Source: Mobula hypostoma
Taxonomy: Eukaryota
Reading direction: 5' to 3'
NCBI RefSeq assembly: GCF_963921235.1
Contig: NC_086108.1
Location: 74,340,001 to 74,404,000, forward strand
DNA length: 64,000 bases
The first letter of the stretch is position 1; every line of letters begins with the position of its first letter. The position numbers and the translations under genes are program-made. Shown here piece after piece: positions 39,159-51,984 of the stretch. The notes below the pieces were generated by a model. It was not told the DNA's origin. It did no database searches and saw only the letters and a list, made by a program, of their open reading frames with translations.

Positions 39159-40599
39159 TGTACATATATATATGTTTGTATAAATCATAGTCCTTTTATG
39201 TGATTTGATGCTGATATTTAACTGTCATTTAACTTCTTAATAGACATTATTTTAAATTATCTTTAAATGTAATGTCATTTACAAAATCATTTTGTGGAAA
39301 ATGGGCTGGAATTATCTAAGTGTGACTCATCTGAAGTTAGTTGCTTGCTAAGACAGTGAATTTATCACCAGTTGCTATAGATCATTGTTGTCCCAAACTG
39401 CAGGACCTTATGGATGTCAAGAGATGTGTGATTCCTGTGTATTGTGCCTCCAGCCATTGTTAGCAATTAGTCTTCCACATTTAGTGCAGGAAGGTATTCT
39501 TCTGTTCTGATGATCCCAAGTTACTCAACAGTGCTTGTGGCAGGAAAAGTAGTTGTACACCTCTAGATATATATTGGCTTAGCAGCTCATACTGCTTCCT
39601 AAGTTTGCTTGGCATTCCACAACCGAGATGTAACAGCTTGCTCCAATTCATAACTCGCCTTAGTCAAAGGTCATGCTCCAAGAGTTGTCCATGTATGAGC
39701 ACTTGTCCTTCCATGATAATCATGCTTCAAAACTCTAGCAGCTCATGCACTGCAGAAGCATCTTCCCATGAGGTAGACAGTCTTTGATCATCTTGTTTCA
39801 AGTTATTTGTGATAATTATGATCAATGTTTCTTGTGGCAATGCATTTCTATGTGCTAATAATCCAGAATTTGTTGACACAAGGTATAATGTAAAACTTAA
39901 GTACAGAAATTCATGGCTTTACCGGTGGCTTTTTAACATCATCAGGATTACTACTGGGTATAATCTTCTATGTGCCTACCACAGGAGGTCAAATCTTAAA
40001 TTATTCTTCTAATATTAAATGACCATTTAAAAGGAATGTTGGTTGAAGCACCAAAGAATTGGAAGCCAACAATCAGGCATAGTTCATTCATTATTGGTGT
40101 GAGGGTACAATTATAAAACTACTTCACAGAAAATGTGGCTATTTGGCCCACTAGACCTTTGGCAGTTCTTTAAAAGACACATACAATTAATTACTCTCTG
40201 CATGGTTATTCATTGTAGACAATTACATTTTACCTGTTTGCGTATATTTTTCTTTAGCTTTTGACAGTTAATATTTCCACCAGCTCTGCAGAAAGCATTA
40301 CATTTTTATAGGCTTTTCAAATGTGGTGACGAGAGCAGAGATAAATCCAAAATCAGGATGTGTATACGTTGTAATACTTAACTGTAAAATGTGTCAATAA
40401 TTTAATCGTAATTGATCTGAAACAAAATTTCTTAACGCCTCACACATTCCATTTCATCTGAATCCTGTATTGTGACAGCGTGCTTAATTTCTAAAAAATG
40501 TTTAAAGCTATATTCTTTCTGATTGATCAGTCAATGCATGACTTTCGTATTTTTGAGTTTCTTCAAAACATTTTGTATTGTTGGTATAGACAGAATTTA

Positions 40600-41590
40600 T
40601 CAGAATCAAGTTTATTATCACAATCATATGTCATGAAATTTGTTGTTTTGTGGCAGCATTACAGTGTAACGCATAAAATTACTGTAAGTTGCAATAAGAG
40701 TATATAAAAAATAAAGAAATGGTACAGAAAGAGGGCAAAATAGTAAGGTAATGTTTATGGCTTCACAGACCATTCAGAAATCTGATGGCAGAGGGGGAGA
40801 ATTTGTCTGCCCGCAGGATCCTTTATCTCCTCCCTGATGGTAGTAATAAGAAGAAGGCATGTCCTGAATGGTGAGGGTTGTTCATCTTCCTGAGGCATTT
40901 TCTTTTAAAGATGTCCTCAATGGTGAGGAAGATAGCATTAGGACAAGGACTGTTTGGATGGTAAACAGTTTCTTCACTCAGGCTGTGAGACTACTTGTCA
41001 CCACCTAGGTCTCATCACTTATGAAGTTCCAGTAGTGTTATACTGTACTTTTTGACTATTGTTGCAAATGCACCTTATGCTAAGTGTAAGTTTTCTGGAA
41101 TATATTTTATTACTTAATTTCTTTGTGGTAATATTACTTCATGTGTTGTGTGTGAGTTATAAGTACTGTGTTGAGTTTCTTGTCTGGAGAAACGTCGTTT
41201 AATTTGGCGATATACATGTGTATGATTGAATGACAGTAATCCTGAACTTGAACATAGTGGAGCTCACTGAGATTGCAACCTTCTGTAGCTTTTTCCAATT
41301 CTTTGCAGTTCCGACCCCATACCAGACAGTGATGCAACTGTCTAGAATTCTCTCCACCGTGCATCTGTTGAAATTTGCTCGAGTTTTTAGTGCCATATCC
41401 AATCTTCTCAAACTCCTACGAAGTAGCCACTAGTATGCCTTCCTTGTGATAGCATCAATGTGTTGGGGCCCAGGATAAATCCTTCGACATGTTGACACCC
41501 AAGAACATGAAGCCGCTCATCCTTTCCACTGCTGGTCCCTTGTGAGGACTGTTGTGTGTTCTGCCAATATTCCCTTCCTGAAGTCAACAA
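40600..41590. mobile_element. Rex1/Babar 3' fragments in both orientations
   Basis: ANFNRCTVERILDSCITVWYG remnant on minus; (atcaga)n and (cttgaa)n tails. Confidence 0.65.
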
Positions 41591-42095
41591 TCATTGTAAC
41601 GTTTATCATTGCAAGTAATTTATGTCTTTATCCACCATTAGACAAACAATTTTAAAATGCATTTATTCTCAATAATTTGCATTTTCTTTGTTGCATTGTT
41701 GTTGACTTGCTCTTTTTTCTCCACAGATGGCAGCATGTGCCTTAAAAAAACGAACTGGTGCTCATGGTATTAGTTTGGTGTTAAGGTTCATTATTCCATT
41801 AAAGGGAACAATCATCAAACCAGGCTTAAAGTTAACTGAAAAATGTTAATATTAATATTGGATATCCAAAGTGAAGAGATGCTTGTGGATATTATTTTCA
41901 TTTTAATAAATACAAAGATACTAACAAATGGTCACATCTTTGTGTTTTACAGACTATAAATCCAACCGCTTGTAAAGCGATCCAATATTTGTATATGAGT
42001 AGGACTATAGAAATGCAAGTTGGCATTATAGAGAATTTGCTGACGGGAGTAAATACTATCTTGAACAGTGAAAGGTATCTTCTGATTTATTGCAG

Positions 42096-42313
42096 ACCTG
42101 GAAAAGGAGATACAGGAGATGCAGCGTGAACACGTAAACAAAATGAGTGACCTGCAAGCAGAAATTGAGATGCTAAGAAGTGAAACACACAGAATGCGAA
42201 GAGGATTGAGGTCACCTCCTCATATGCCTCAGCCTCCACTTCCTCCACCACCTCCTCCTCCTCCTCCTCCCCCCCAACTAGGTCCAAACCAACATGCTTG
42301 GGTTCCACATATG
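42096..42313 (+). CDS. CCDC17: CCDC17 coding exon, (D)LEKEIQEMQREHVNKMSDLQAEIEMLRSETHRMRRGLRSPPHMPQPPLPPPPPPPPPPPQLGPNQHAWVPHM
   Basis: tttattgcAG acceptor, ATG|GTAAGA donor, 218 nt, phase 1/0; coiled coil followed by a polyproline tract. Confidence 0.88.
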
Positions 42314-42705
42314 GTAAGAACATTTCTTTCTTGTACCAGTTACAAAACTGATTGTTTTTACAGAAAAAGAATTAAGATTTCACCTTTTAAACTATTTCTG
42401 ATAGGATTAGTTGGTGTGCTTGATATGAAAGGGTCACTATAGTTTAAGTAAATTTATTTAGGAATTGTTTAATGGGACTTGATTAAATATTCAATTTGGA
42501 CTTGTTGAGAATAATCATATAAAAGCTGATTTTCATAAAGCATTTGTCATGAATTCCACATTGTTGCTGATTTGTTATTTCAACTTCATGGTAAAAAACT
42601 ACGTAACTTATAAATATATGTAAAATTGTGTTCATGGTCTTGTGTCGCACAGCTGGCATATACTTTTCTTGAAATATATCTCCTGTAACACAAATCAATT
42701 TAAAT

Positions 42706-42918
42706 TCACACAAAATGCTGGAGGAACTCGGCAGGCCAGGCAACATCTATGGTCAAGAGTACAGTCAATGTTTCAGGCCAAAACCCTTCAGCAGGAGGGT
42801 CTCAGCCTGAAATGTCAACTGTACTCTTTTCCATCGATGCTACCTGGCCTGCTGAGTTCCTTCAGCATTTTGTTTGTGTTGCTTGGATTTCCAGCATCTG
42901 CAGATTTTCTCTTGTTTG
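42706..42918. repeat. Fold-back pair of Penelope pLTR-derived ends
   Basis: About 42706-42790 is an imperfect inverted repeat of about 42795-42880. Confidence 0.75.
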
Positions 42919-43407
42919 TGAATCAATTTAAATTCAGTCTGGAATGATTGGAGGGAAATTATCCTTTTTTGCTTCATGTTTTAAAAAAGTAGAATTAAAG
43001 TATATTAATGTATTGCCAAGATTAATATTATAGCTGTCCTTGTCATTTTTATCCTTTTCCACCATTTGACTAAGCTACGTTAGAGGGCATCCATTCTCTT
43101 ATAGTTTGCATTTTCTTCTCTACGTTTTGGTGAACTTGGCATTTCTCTACTGCAATGGGACATGATATCATATACTGTATATTAAAAAATGACTTTATTA
43201 CTCAAATTAGTAGCAAGTTTTCGGTTAAGGTTCCTGATGCAGTCAGGGGGCACATCAGCAAAGTAATTTGAAAAATAACTGGAAAAATGTTGATACTAGT
43301 ATTGCAGATCCAAACTGAGTCTTTGCATCCTTCAGAATGAGTGTCTCATACTTTGAATTGTCTCAAAACATAATCATCCTGAGATATGCTGATTACCTAT
43401 TTTAAAG

Positions 43408-43493
43408 GGCAACACAAGACCTCAGACGCCTCTGATTGTCAAGCATTTCCTGGATCCTACAGATGCTTTGGGGCCTGCCCCCTATGATCCAGT
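43408..43493 (+). CDS. CCDC17: CCDC17 coding exon, GNTRPQTPLIVKHFLDPTDALGPAPYDP(V)
   Basis: tttaaAG acceptor, GT|GTAAGT donor, 86 nt, phase 0/2; LGPAPYDP motif typical of CCDC17. Confidence 0.9.
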
Positions 43494-43977
43494 GTAAGTA
43501 CTTGCAGATTATAAACAATTGAATCTATCTGTCAACTATGACTGGTTCTCTGCAAGTGCTTGATGCACAATTGTCCATTGAGCTATCATTTTCCAGTTTC
43601 TGATGATCATTTCCTCAAGAAATTCAGTTTTCACTTTTCTGATATGCTGTGGTTCTCACCAGATTCAGATTATAATTTTTTTCTGGTGAGTATTTAATAT
43701 CTTTACTTTCCAATGCACTGAGCTATTTTAACAGCCAATTCTTCATTTGACAATAAAGGAAAACAAATATGATTTCAAATTAAGGCTTCCTGAAAGAGTT
43801 ATTAGAGTTAATGGGGACATAGTGGGACCAGTGCATTTTGGCCCAATTAAGCGTCTGTCCCAATCAGCCAAAGTTTCATGGAAATAGTGAAAAAGGTATA
43901 AAAAAAAGACAAACTACCATTTAACTGAGTAACAAACCATGTATTTAACTGAAATACAAAATAAATTAGAACACCAT

Positions 43978-44450
43978 CAAAAGTGCAGAGAAAATTTACA
44001 AGGATGTTGCTGGGTCTGGAGGATCTGATTTATAAGGAAAGATTGAATAAGTTAGGACTATATTCCTTAGAACATAGAAAAATGAGAGGATATTTGATAG
44101 AAGAATACAAAATTATGAGGGGTAAAGATAGGGTAAATGTGAGCAGGATTTTCCACTGAGGGGTGGGACTACAACCAGAGGTCAAGGGTTAAGGGTGAAA
44201 GGTGAGAAGTTTAAGGGGAACATGAGGGGAAACATCTTCACTCAGAGAGGTGTGAGATTGTGGCATAAACTGCCAGTATAAGTGGCCCATGCCATTTCGA
44301 TTTCAATGTTAAAGAGAAGTTTGGATAGGTACATGGATAGCAGGGATATGGAGTGCTATGGTCCTGGTGCAGGTAATTGGGAGTAGGCAGATTAAATGGT
44401 TTTGGCATGGACTAGATGGGCCAAAGGGCCTGTATCTGTGTTATACTTTT
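43978..44450 (+). mobile_element. CR1 3' fragment (preceded at about 43800-43975 by a possible DNA-transposon remnant)
   Basis: gtgcagagaaaatttacaaggatgttgc..atgagaggatatttgatag; CR1 3' UTR. Confidence 0.7.
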
Positions 44451-44506
44451 CCAGAAGGCATCCATTTCCTCTTTAATATTATACCATAAGACATAGGAGC
44501 AGAACT

Positions 44507-45565
44507 GTGGTGGATGCTTCTCTGGTGTCATGGATTCTTGATTACCTGACTGGCAGACCACAGTACGTGTGCTTGCAACACTGTGTGTCCGACAGAGTGA
44601 TCAGCAGCACTGGGGCTCCACAGGGGGCTGTCTTCTCTCTCTTTCTCTTCACCATTTACACCTCGGACTTCAACTACTGCACAGTGTCTTGTCATCTTCA
44701 GAAGTTTCGGGATGACTCTGCCATATTTGGATGTATCAGCAAGGGAGATGAGGTCGAGTACAGGGCTAATGTAGGAAACTTTGTCACGTAGTGTGAGCAG
44801 AATTATCTGCAGCTTAATGTGAAAAAGACTAAGGAGCTGGTGGTAGACCTGAGGAGAGCTAAGGTATCGGTGACCCCTGTTTTCATCCGGGGGTCAATGT
44901 GGACATGGTGGAGGATTACAGATACCTGGGGATACGTATTGACAATAAACTGGACTGGTCAAAGAACACTGAGGCTGTCTACAAGAAGGGTCAGAGCCGT
45001 CTCTATTTCCTGAGGAGACTGAGGTCCTTTAACATCTGCCGGACGATGCTGAGGATGTTCTACGAGTCTGTGGTGGCCAGTGCTATCATGTTTGCTGTTG
45101 TGTGCTGGGGCAGCAGGCTGAGGGTGGCAGACACCAACAGAATCAACAAACTCATTCGTAAGGCCAGTGATGTTGTGGGGATGGAACTGGACTCTCTGAC
45201 GGTGGTGTCTGAAAAGAGGATGCTGTCTAAGTTGCATGCCATCTTGGACAATGTCTCCCATCCACCACATAATGTACTGGGTGGGCACAGAGGTACATTC
45301 AGCCAGAGACTCATTCCACCGAGCTGCAACACAGAGCGTCATAGGAAGTCATTCCTGCCTGTGGCCATCAAACTTTACAACTCCTCCCTTGGAGGGTTAG
45401 ACACCCTGTGCCGATAGGCTGGTCCTGGACTTATTTCATAATTTACTGGCATAATTTACATATTACTATTTAACTATTTATGGTTCTATTACTATTTATT
45501 ATTTATGGTGCAACTGTAACAAAAACCAATTTCCCCCTGGGATCAATAAAGTATGATTATGACTA
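44507..45565 (+). mobile_element. Young Rex1/Babar LINE, 5'-truncated, inserted into the tail of an antisense CR1
   Basis: ORFs 44507-44791 and 44899-45417; near-identical to 49353-50398. Confidence 0.9.
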
Positions 45566-45569
45566 CTAA

Positions 45570-46700
45570 CTGGGTCATTCAACCCATCGAGCTTGCTCTG
45601 CCATTCCATCATGGTTGATTTATTGTACCTCTCAACGCCATATTCCTGCCTTTTCCAAGTAACCTTTGACACCCTTCTAATCAAGAACCAACCTATCAAC
45701 CTTGGCTTTAAATACACCCGATCATTTGGCCTCCACCACAGTCTGTGGCAATAAATTCCACAGATTCACCCCCCTCTGGCTAAAGAAACTCCTCCTTATC
45801 TCTGTTCTAAAGGAACATCCTTGCAGTTTGAGGCTGTTACCTCTGGTCCTAGGCTCTTCCATTATTAGAAACATCTTCTCCGCATCCAATCTGTCCAGGC
45901 CTTTCAATATTCAGTATGTTTCAATGAGATCCCTCCTTATTCTTCTAAACTCCAGTGAATACAGGCCCAGAGCCATCAGATGCACCTCATGTGTTAACTC
46001 TTTTATTTCTGAGATCATTTGCATGAACCGCTTCTGAATTCTCTCCAATGTCAACACATCGTGTCTTGGATCTGGGACCCAAAGCAGCTTACAATACTCC
46101 AAACAATGCTTAAAGCCTCAGCATTATATCCTTACTTTTATATTCTTGTCCTCTCAAAATGAATGCTAATATTATATTTGCCTTTCGTACTACTGATTCA
46201 ACCTGCAAGTTAACCTTTAGGCAATCTTGCAAGACCCTTTGCTCCTCTGATTTCTGAATTCACTCTCCATTTAGAACATAGTCGATGTCTTTATTCCTTT
46301 TACAAAAGTGCATGATCATGCACGGCACTGTATTCCATTGGCAACTTTTTTGTACATTCTCCTAATCTGTCCAAGTCCTTCTGCAGATTTGTATCATCTG
46401 CAAACTTAGCCAAAAATCATCAATTCTATCATACAGACCATTAACATATAATATGTTAAGTAGTGGTCCCAATACTGACTCCTGCTGAACACCAACCAAT
46501 GAAGGCCCTCTTTATTCCCACTCTTTCTCTCCTGCCAGTCAGGCTTCTGTCCGTGTTAGCATCTTTACTGTAATACCATGAGCTCTTATCTTGTTTAGCA
46601 GCCTCATGTGTGGCACCTTGTCAAAGACCTTCTGAAAATTCGAGTACACAAAGTCCATTGACTTTCCTTTATCTATCCTGCCTGCTATTTCCTCAAAGAA
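45570..46700 (-). mobile_element. Decayed CR1 3' part (tail at about 44485-44505)
   Basis: FQKVFDKVPHMRLLNKIRAHG; LGLYSLEFRRIRRDLIETY. Confidence 0.8.
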
Positions 46701-47007
46701 CGTGATAATGAGTCGCACAATTTTTCTTTGCATTGTTGTTGATTTGCTGTTTCACCTCTACGTGACTCCACAAGATGCAGCTTTGAAACAACTACCTTCT
46801 AATTGTAAGGGGTTTCTTCTTGTATGTTACTGTATATGTTAATTAAAGTGGCTTCTTTGTGATGTTAAATGCTGACAAAGTTCTCCAGCTAGCAATTTGC
46901 TTGGGTTATATTATTGATAACAGAGCGAATGAACCAATGGGTGTCCATGTTATTCTTTCTTGGGGTGATATTCTGTCTCATATGGCTGGGAAACGGGGGT
47001 TTCGGCA

Positions 47008-48449
47008 GGGAGTTGGAGGAGAGACCGGGAGGACGACGGGGAGCTGGAGGGGAGACCGGGAGGACGACGGGGAGTTGGAGGAGAGACCGGGAGGATGACG
47101 GGGAGTTGGAGGAGAGACCGGGAGTTGGAGGAGAGACCGGGAGGACGGCGGGGAGCTGGAGGAGAGACCGGGAGGATAACGGGGAGTTGGAGGAGAGACC
47201 GGGTGGACGACGGGGAGCTGGAGGGGAGACCGGGAGGACGACGGGGAGTTGGAGGAGAGACCGGGAGGACGACGGGGAGTTGGAGGAGAGACCGGGAGGA
47301 CGACGGGGAGTTGGAGGAGAGACCGGGAGGACGACGGGGAGTTGGAGGAGAGACCGGGAGGACGACGGGGAGTTGGAGGAGAGACCGGGAGGATGACGGG
47401 GAGTTGGAGGAGAGACCGGGAGGACGGCGCGGAGCTGGAGGAGAGACCGGGAGGACGGCGGGGAGCTGGAGGGAAGACCGGGGGGACGGCGGGGAGCTGG
47501 AGGGGAGACCGGGAGGACGGCGGGGAGTTGGAGGGGAGACCGGGAGGATGACGGGGAGCTGGAGGGGAGACCGGGAGGACGACGGGGAGCTGGAGGGGAG
47601 ACCGGGAGGACGACGGGGAGCTGGAGGGGAAACCAGGAGGACGACGGGGAGTTGGAGGGGAGACCGGGAGGACGACGGGGAGTTGGAGGAGAGACCGGGA
47701 GGACGACGGGGAGTTGGAGGAGAGACCGGGAGGACGACGGGGAGTTGGAGGGGAGACCGGGAGGACGACGGGGAGTTGGAGGAGAGACCGGGAGGACGAC
47801 GGGGAGTTGGAGGAGAGACCGGGAGGATGACGGGGAGTTGGAGGAGAGACCGGGAGTTGGAGGAGAGACTGGGAGGATGACGGGGAGTTGGAGGAGAGAC
47901 CGGGAGTTGGAGGAGAGACTGGGAGGATGACGGGGAGTTGGAGGAGAGACCGGGAGGACGACGGGGAGTTGGAGGAGAGACCGGGAGGATGACGGGGAGT
48001 TGGAGGAGAGACCAGGAGTTGGAGGAGAGACTGGGAGGATGACGGGGAGTTGGAGGAGAGACCGGGTGGACAACGGGGAGCTGGAGGGGAGACCGGGAGG
48101 ACGACGGGGAGTTGGAGGGGAGACTGGGAGGACGACGGGGAGTTGGAGGAGAGACCGGGAGGACGACGGGGAGTTGGAGGAGAGACCGGGAGGACGACGG
48201 GGAGTTGGAGGAGAGACCGGGAGGATGACGGGGAGTTGGAGGAGAGACCGGGAGGATGACGGGGAGTTGGAGGAGAGACCGGGAGGACGACGGGGAGTTG
48301 GACGAGAGACCGGGAGGACGACGGGGAGTTGGAGGGGAGACCGGGAGGATGACGGGGAGTTGGAGGAGAGACCGGGAGGAAGGCAGGGAGTTGGAGGAGA
48401 GACCGGGAGGACGACGGGGAGTTGGAGGAGAGATCGGGAGGATGACGGG
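47008..48449 (+). repeat. 31-bp G-rich purine minisatellite, about 1.44 kb
   Basis: Unit GGGAGTTGGAGGAGAGACCGGGAGGACGACG with point variants and occasional 19-bp short units. Confidence 0.97.
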
Positions 48450-48719
48450 CGTGCTGGGAGTGCTCTGGTTCATCACTTTGGGTAGTCCCGAGCTGCGAGT
48501 CGAGGGGGTCGGAGCAGATCGCAGGGAGAAGAAAGGTCTCGAGCTCCAACTGTGTGTGCACGGAAAAATTGAACTTTGATAGGTCTGGCGCCTTTTTTTT
48601 TCCATGCCCTTTTGTATTGTACCTCTATTAATCTCATAATCCTAGTGAGATTTATAAAGTGTAATTTGTAAAACGTACATTGTGTGCTGGCTGATGATTG
48701 ATGTTTGAAGCCGAATCAG

Positions 48720-50398
48720 GTGGCATTTGCACAGCAACCGATGGCCCAACCAACACATGTTCCACTCTCCCCTCCTACCCCTCCTCACAGTCCCCCACCC
48801 TGCTCTCATGACTATACCCCTTCCCCACATGAAACCACCATGATGGGCTTCACAGCTCTACAGGTGAGAAGACAGTTGAAACGTCTCAACCCAAGCAAGG
48901 CTGCAGGACCGGATGGTATCAGTACCAGGGTGCTCAAAGCCTGTGCCCCTCAGCTATGTGGAGTACTTCGCCATGTCTTCAACCTGAGCCTGAGGCTCCG
49001 GAGGGTTCCTGTACTGTGGAAAACGTCCTGCCTCGTCCCTGTGCTGAAGACGCCGCGCCCCAGCAGCCTCAATGACTACAGACCGGTGGCATTGACCTCC
49101 CACATCATGAAGACCCTGGAGAGACTTGTTCTGGAGCTGCTCCGGCCTATGGTCAGGCCACACTTAGATCCCCTCCAGTTCGCCTACCAGACCCGACTAG
49201 GAGTTGAGGATGCTATCGTCTACCTGCCGAACCGTGTCTACGCCCACCTGAACAAGCCAGCGAGCACTGTGAGGGTCATGTTTTTTGACTTCTCCAGTGC
49301 GTTCAACACCATCCACCCTGCTCTGCTGGTGGAGAAGCTGCCAGCGATGCAGGTGGATGCTTCCCTGGTGTCATGGATTCTTGATTACCTGACTGGCAGA
49401 CCACAGTACGTGTGCTTGCAACACTGTGTGTCCGACAGAGTGATCAGCAGCACTGGGGCTCCACAGGGGACTGTCTTGTCTCCCTTTCTCTTCACCATTT
49501 ACACCTCGGACTTCAACTACTGCACAGAGTCTTGTCATGTTCAGAAGTTTTCGGATGACTCTGCCATTGTTGGATGCATCAGCAAGGGAGATGAGGCTGA
49601 GTACCGGGCTACGGTAGGAAACTTTGTCTCATGGTGTGAGCAGAATTGTCTGCAGCTTAATGTGAAAAAGACTAAGGAGCTGGTGGTAGACCTGAGGAGG
49701 GCTAAGGTATCGGTGACCCCTGTTTTCATCCAGGGGGTCAGTGTGGACATGGTGGAGGATTACAAATACCTGGGGATATGAATTGACAATAAACTGGACT
49801 GGTCAAAGAACACTGAGGCTGTCTACAAGAAGGGTCAGAGCCATCTCTATTTCCTGAGGAGACTGAGGTCCTTTAACATCTGCCGGACGATGCTGAGGAT
49901 GTTCTACGAGTCTGTGGTGGCCAGTGCGATCATGTTTGCTGCTGTGTGCTGGGGCAGCAGGCTGAGGGTAGCAGACACCAACAGAATCAACAAACTCATT
50001 CGTAAGGCCAGTGATGTTGTGGGGATGGAACTGGACTCTCTCACGGTGGTGTGTGAAAAGAGGATGCTGTCCAAGTTGCGTGCCATCTTGGACAATGTCT
50101 CCCATTCACTACATAATGTACTGGGTGGGCACAGGAGTACATTCAGCCAGAGATTCATTCCTCCGAGATGCAGCACAGAGTGTCATAGGAAGTCATTCCG
50201 GCCTGTGGCCATCAAACTTTACAACTCCTCCCTTGGAGGGTCAGACACCCTGAGCCAATAGGCTGGTCCTAGACTTATTTCCTGACATAATTTACATATT
50301 ACTATTTAATTATTTATGGTCTTATTACTATTTAATTATTTATGGTGCAACTGTAATGAAAAGCAGTTTCCCCCGGGATCAATGAAGTATGACTATGA
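48720..50398 (+). mobile_element. Young Rex1/Babar LINE, 5'-truncated, RT nearly intact
   Basis: 358-aa ORF with KAAGPDG, YRPVALTS, LQFAY, FFDFSSAFNT, STGAPQG, KFSDD; one in-frame TGA at 49779; (tatgac)n tail. Confidence 0.93.
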
Positions 50399-51241
50399 GT
50401 AAGTGGGAGACAAGGTTGGGCTGTGGACGGGGTTTCCCCTAGATAAATACGAGCCAATATAGCTGAGCGTTACATCGTATTTTGGCCCACTCTCCCTTGG
50501 CATTTGCCGTACCTCTCAAGATAGAATCCATTGTTTCTTAATAGGGAAAGGAAAGCTATGTTACTAAATGTTTGCATGCAAGTTTCTCAGGCATCCAGTG
50601 GCATAAACAAATATGAAGCAAAAGAAAAATATTTAAAATTTGCTGTGAATTTGCTGTAGGGGCAAGGAAAGAGAAAAACCTATGAAATGTCTAAACTGGC
50701 AACTAACAGGGTTGCTAATCTCATCCAAGGATTCACATCAGATGGACTCTGTGAAAGTGTGTTTGTTTTATGCTTGTACTAGTTATAGTTCTGTCCTAGA
50801 TATTGGTATGTATAGCAGTGTGCATAAATGCAAACTTCTGGAGCTTCTCATCAGAGAAGCTCCAGTTTTGAAATTATATTAAAATGACAAGTCCATCCAG
50901 TTTAAATGGTACATTGTCACTCTTTAACATTGTAATGATGACTTTTTTTATTTTGTTGGCTTCAACCCAAAAGCCAGCACTTGTATTGGTAATTAACTTT
51001 CATATTTGATGTCAGTAAAAGAAATAATGGCTTTATTTATATCATATAGTACAAAATCATTTCCAATTTATGAAAAAACAGAAGTTTTTGGACAATCTCC
51101 ATCACTCAGTTACTGAAGGTAATCCATTCAGGTGCAGTGCATGGTTTCTTTTGCATTCATCTTTATTAGTTCTATAACTTGTCCTTCCTGTGATATCTAA
51201 CTGATATAATGTTTGCGTCAAATTGATGTCTTTAATTCTAG

Positions 51242-51457
51242 GGCAGGTTTTGTCGTTTTCTATGATTTCCTTCTTGGCCTTGACCCAACCTACCGGCTCA
51301 TCCGCCTCGTTACTGGTTTGTACAATAATGGACAGGAGATGGGGAAACCTTCTGCCTTGCCTCCTGTGTGCTGTGAAATGGGAAATGGGCCTCACAACAT
51401 GTCAGAAGGACTTAAGGGCAACTTTGGAATTTTGTCTGCAAGGCAACCAGTACCAAG
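51242..51457 (+). CDS. CCDC17: CCDC17 coding exon, AGFVVFYDFLLGLDPTYRLIRLVTGLYNNGQEMGKPSALPPVCCEMGNGPHNMSEGLKGNFGILSARQPVP(R)
   Basis: ttctAG acceptor, AG|GTAAAA donor, 216 nt; AG.V.FYDFL.GL and IL..RQPVPR motifs match the conserved CCDC17 C-terminal domain. Confidence 0.93.
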
Positions 51458-51984
51458 GTAAAAGTGATTCAACAAGTATCTTGTGTGACCAAGATAGTTC
51501 TGTTTATATTGTGCGTGACTTGTCCTAAAATTAAATTGTTGAAATGGAGTATACCTAATATAGAGTTGTGACAGGAGCTGACTAGAATTCAGTTCTGATA
51601 TACCAGTTTAACTTTACAGATTGACATATTTCTTTTCTGTTTACCTTATTTCTAGAAATAGTTTTAAAAAATGAAATTTGCACATGAAGTGCTGGTATTA
51701 GTGCTAGTGAATGAAGTTTTTCAAACCAGATCTAGTTCTTACTTTTACAATTTAAATACAGTTTGAAGTTCCTCCTAAAGAGCCAATAAAGTCTACCATT
51801 AACTCCTGTCAACTTCAGGATTTTTTACCTTCTGATTTACAATGTCCTCCAATCCCCTTGATTTAAATCACAAACAAGCCACATCAGAAATGACAGGGTT
51901 ATTGAGTTATATAAAATTGAGAAGTACAGGAAATGTAGACTCATATCAGAGGTAGATAACATGAGAGAACACAGGTTTGGGGTA

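Larger units (their letters stand above)
46804..50474. mobile_element. Putative solo LTR expanded by a minisatellite and a Rex insertion
   Basis: Begins TGTAA (46804), ends TTACA (50474); flanking non-coding segments are CpG-rich; no clean TSD. Confidence 0.45.

Noticed and set aside
41727..41766. Possible extra CCDC17 exon (strong ttttttctccacAG acceptor)
   Set aside because: 40 nt would shift the frame between two phase-1 exons that already join; upstream sequence resembles 46720-46780, suggesting a repeat
47008..48449. CRISPR-like array
   Set aside because: Head-to-tail units without unique spacers, no cas genes, eukaryotic context
46889..48605. Long Pro/Ser-rich (394-551 aa) and Gly/Arg/Glu-rich ORFs
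   Set aside because: Artefacts of the stop-poor 31-bp minisatellite; open in several frames on both strands
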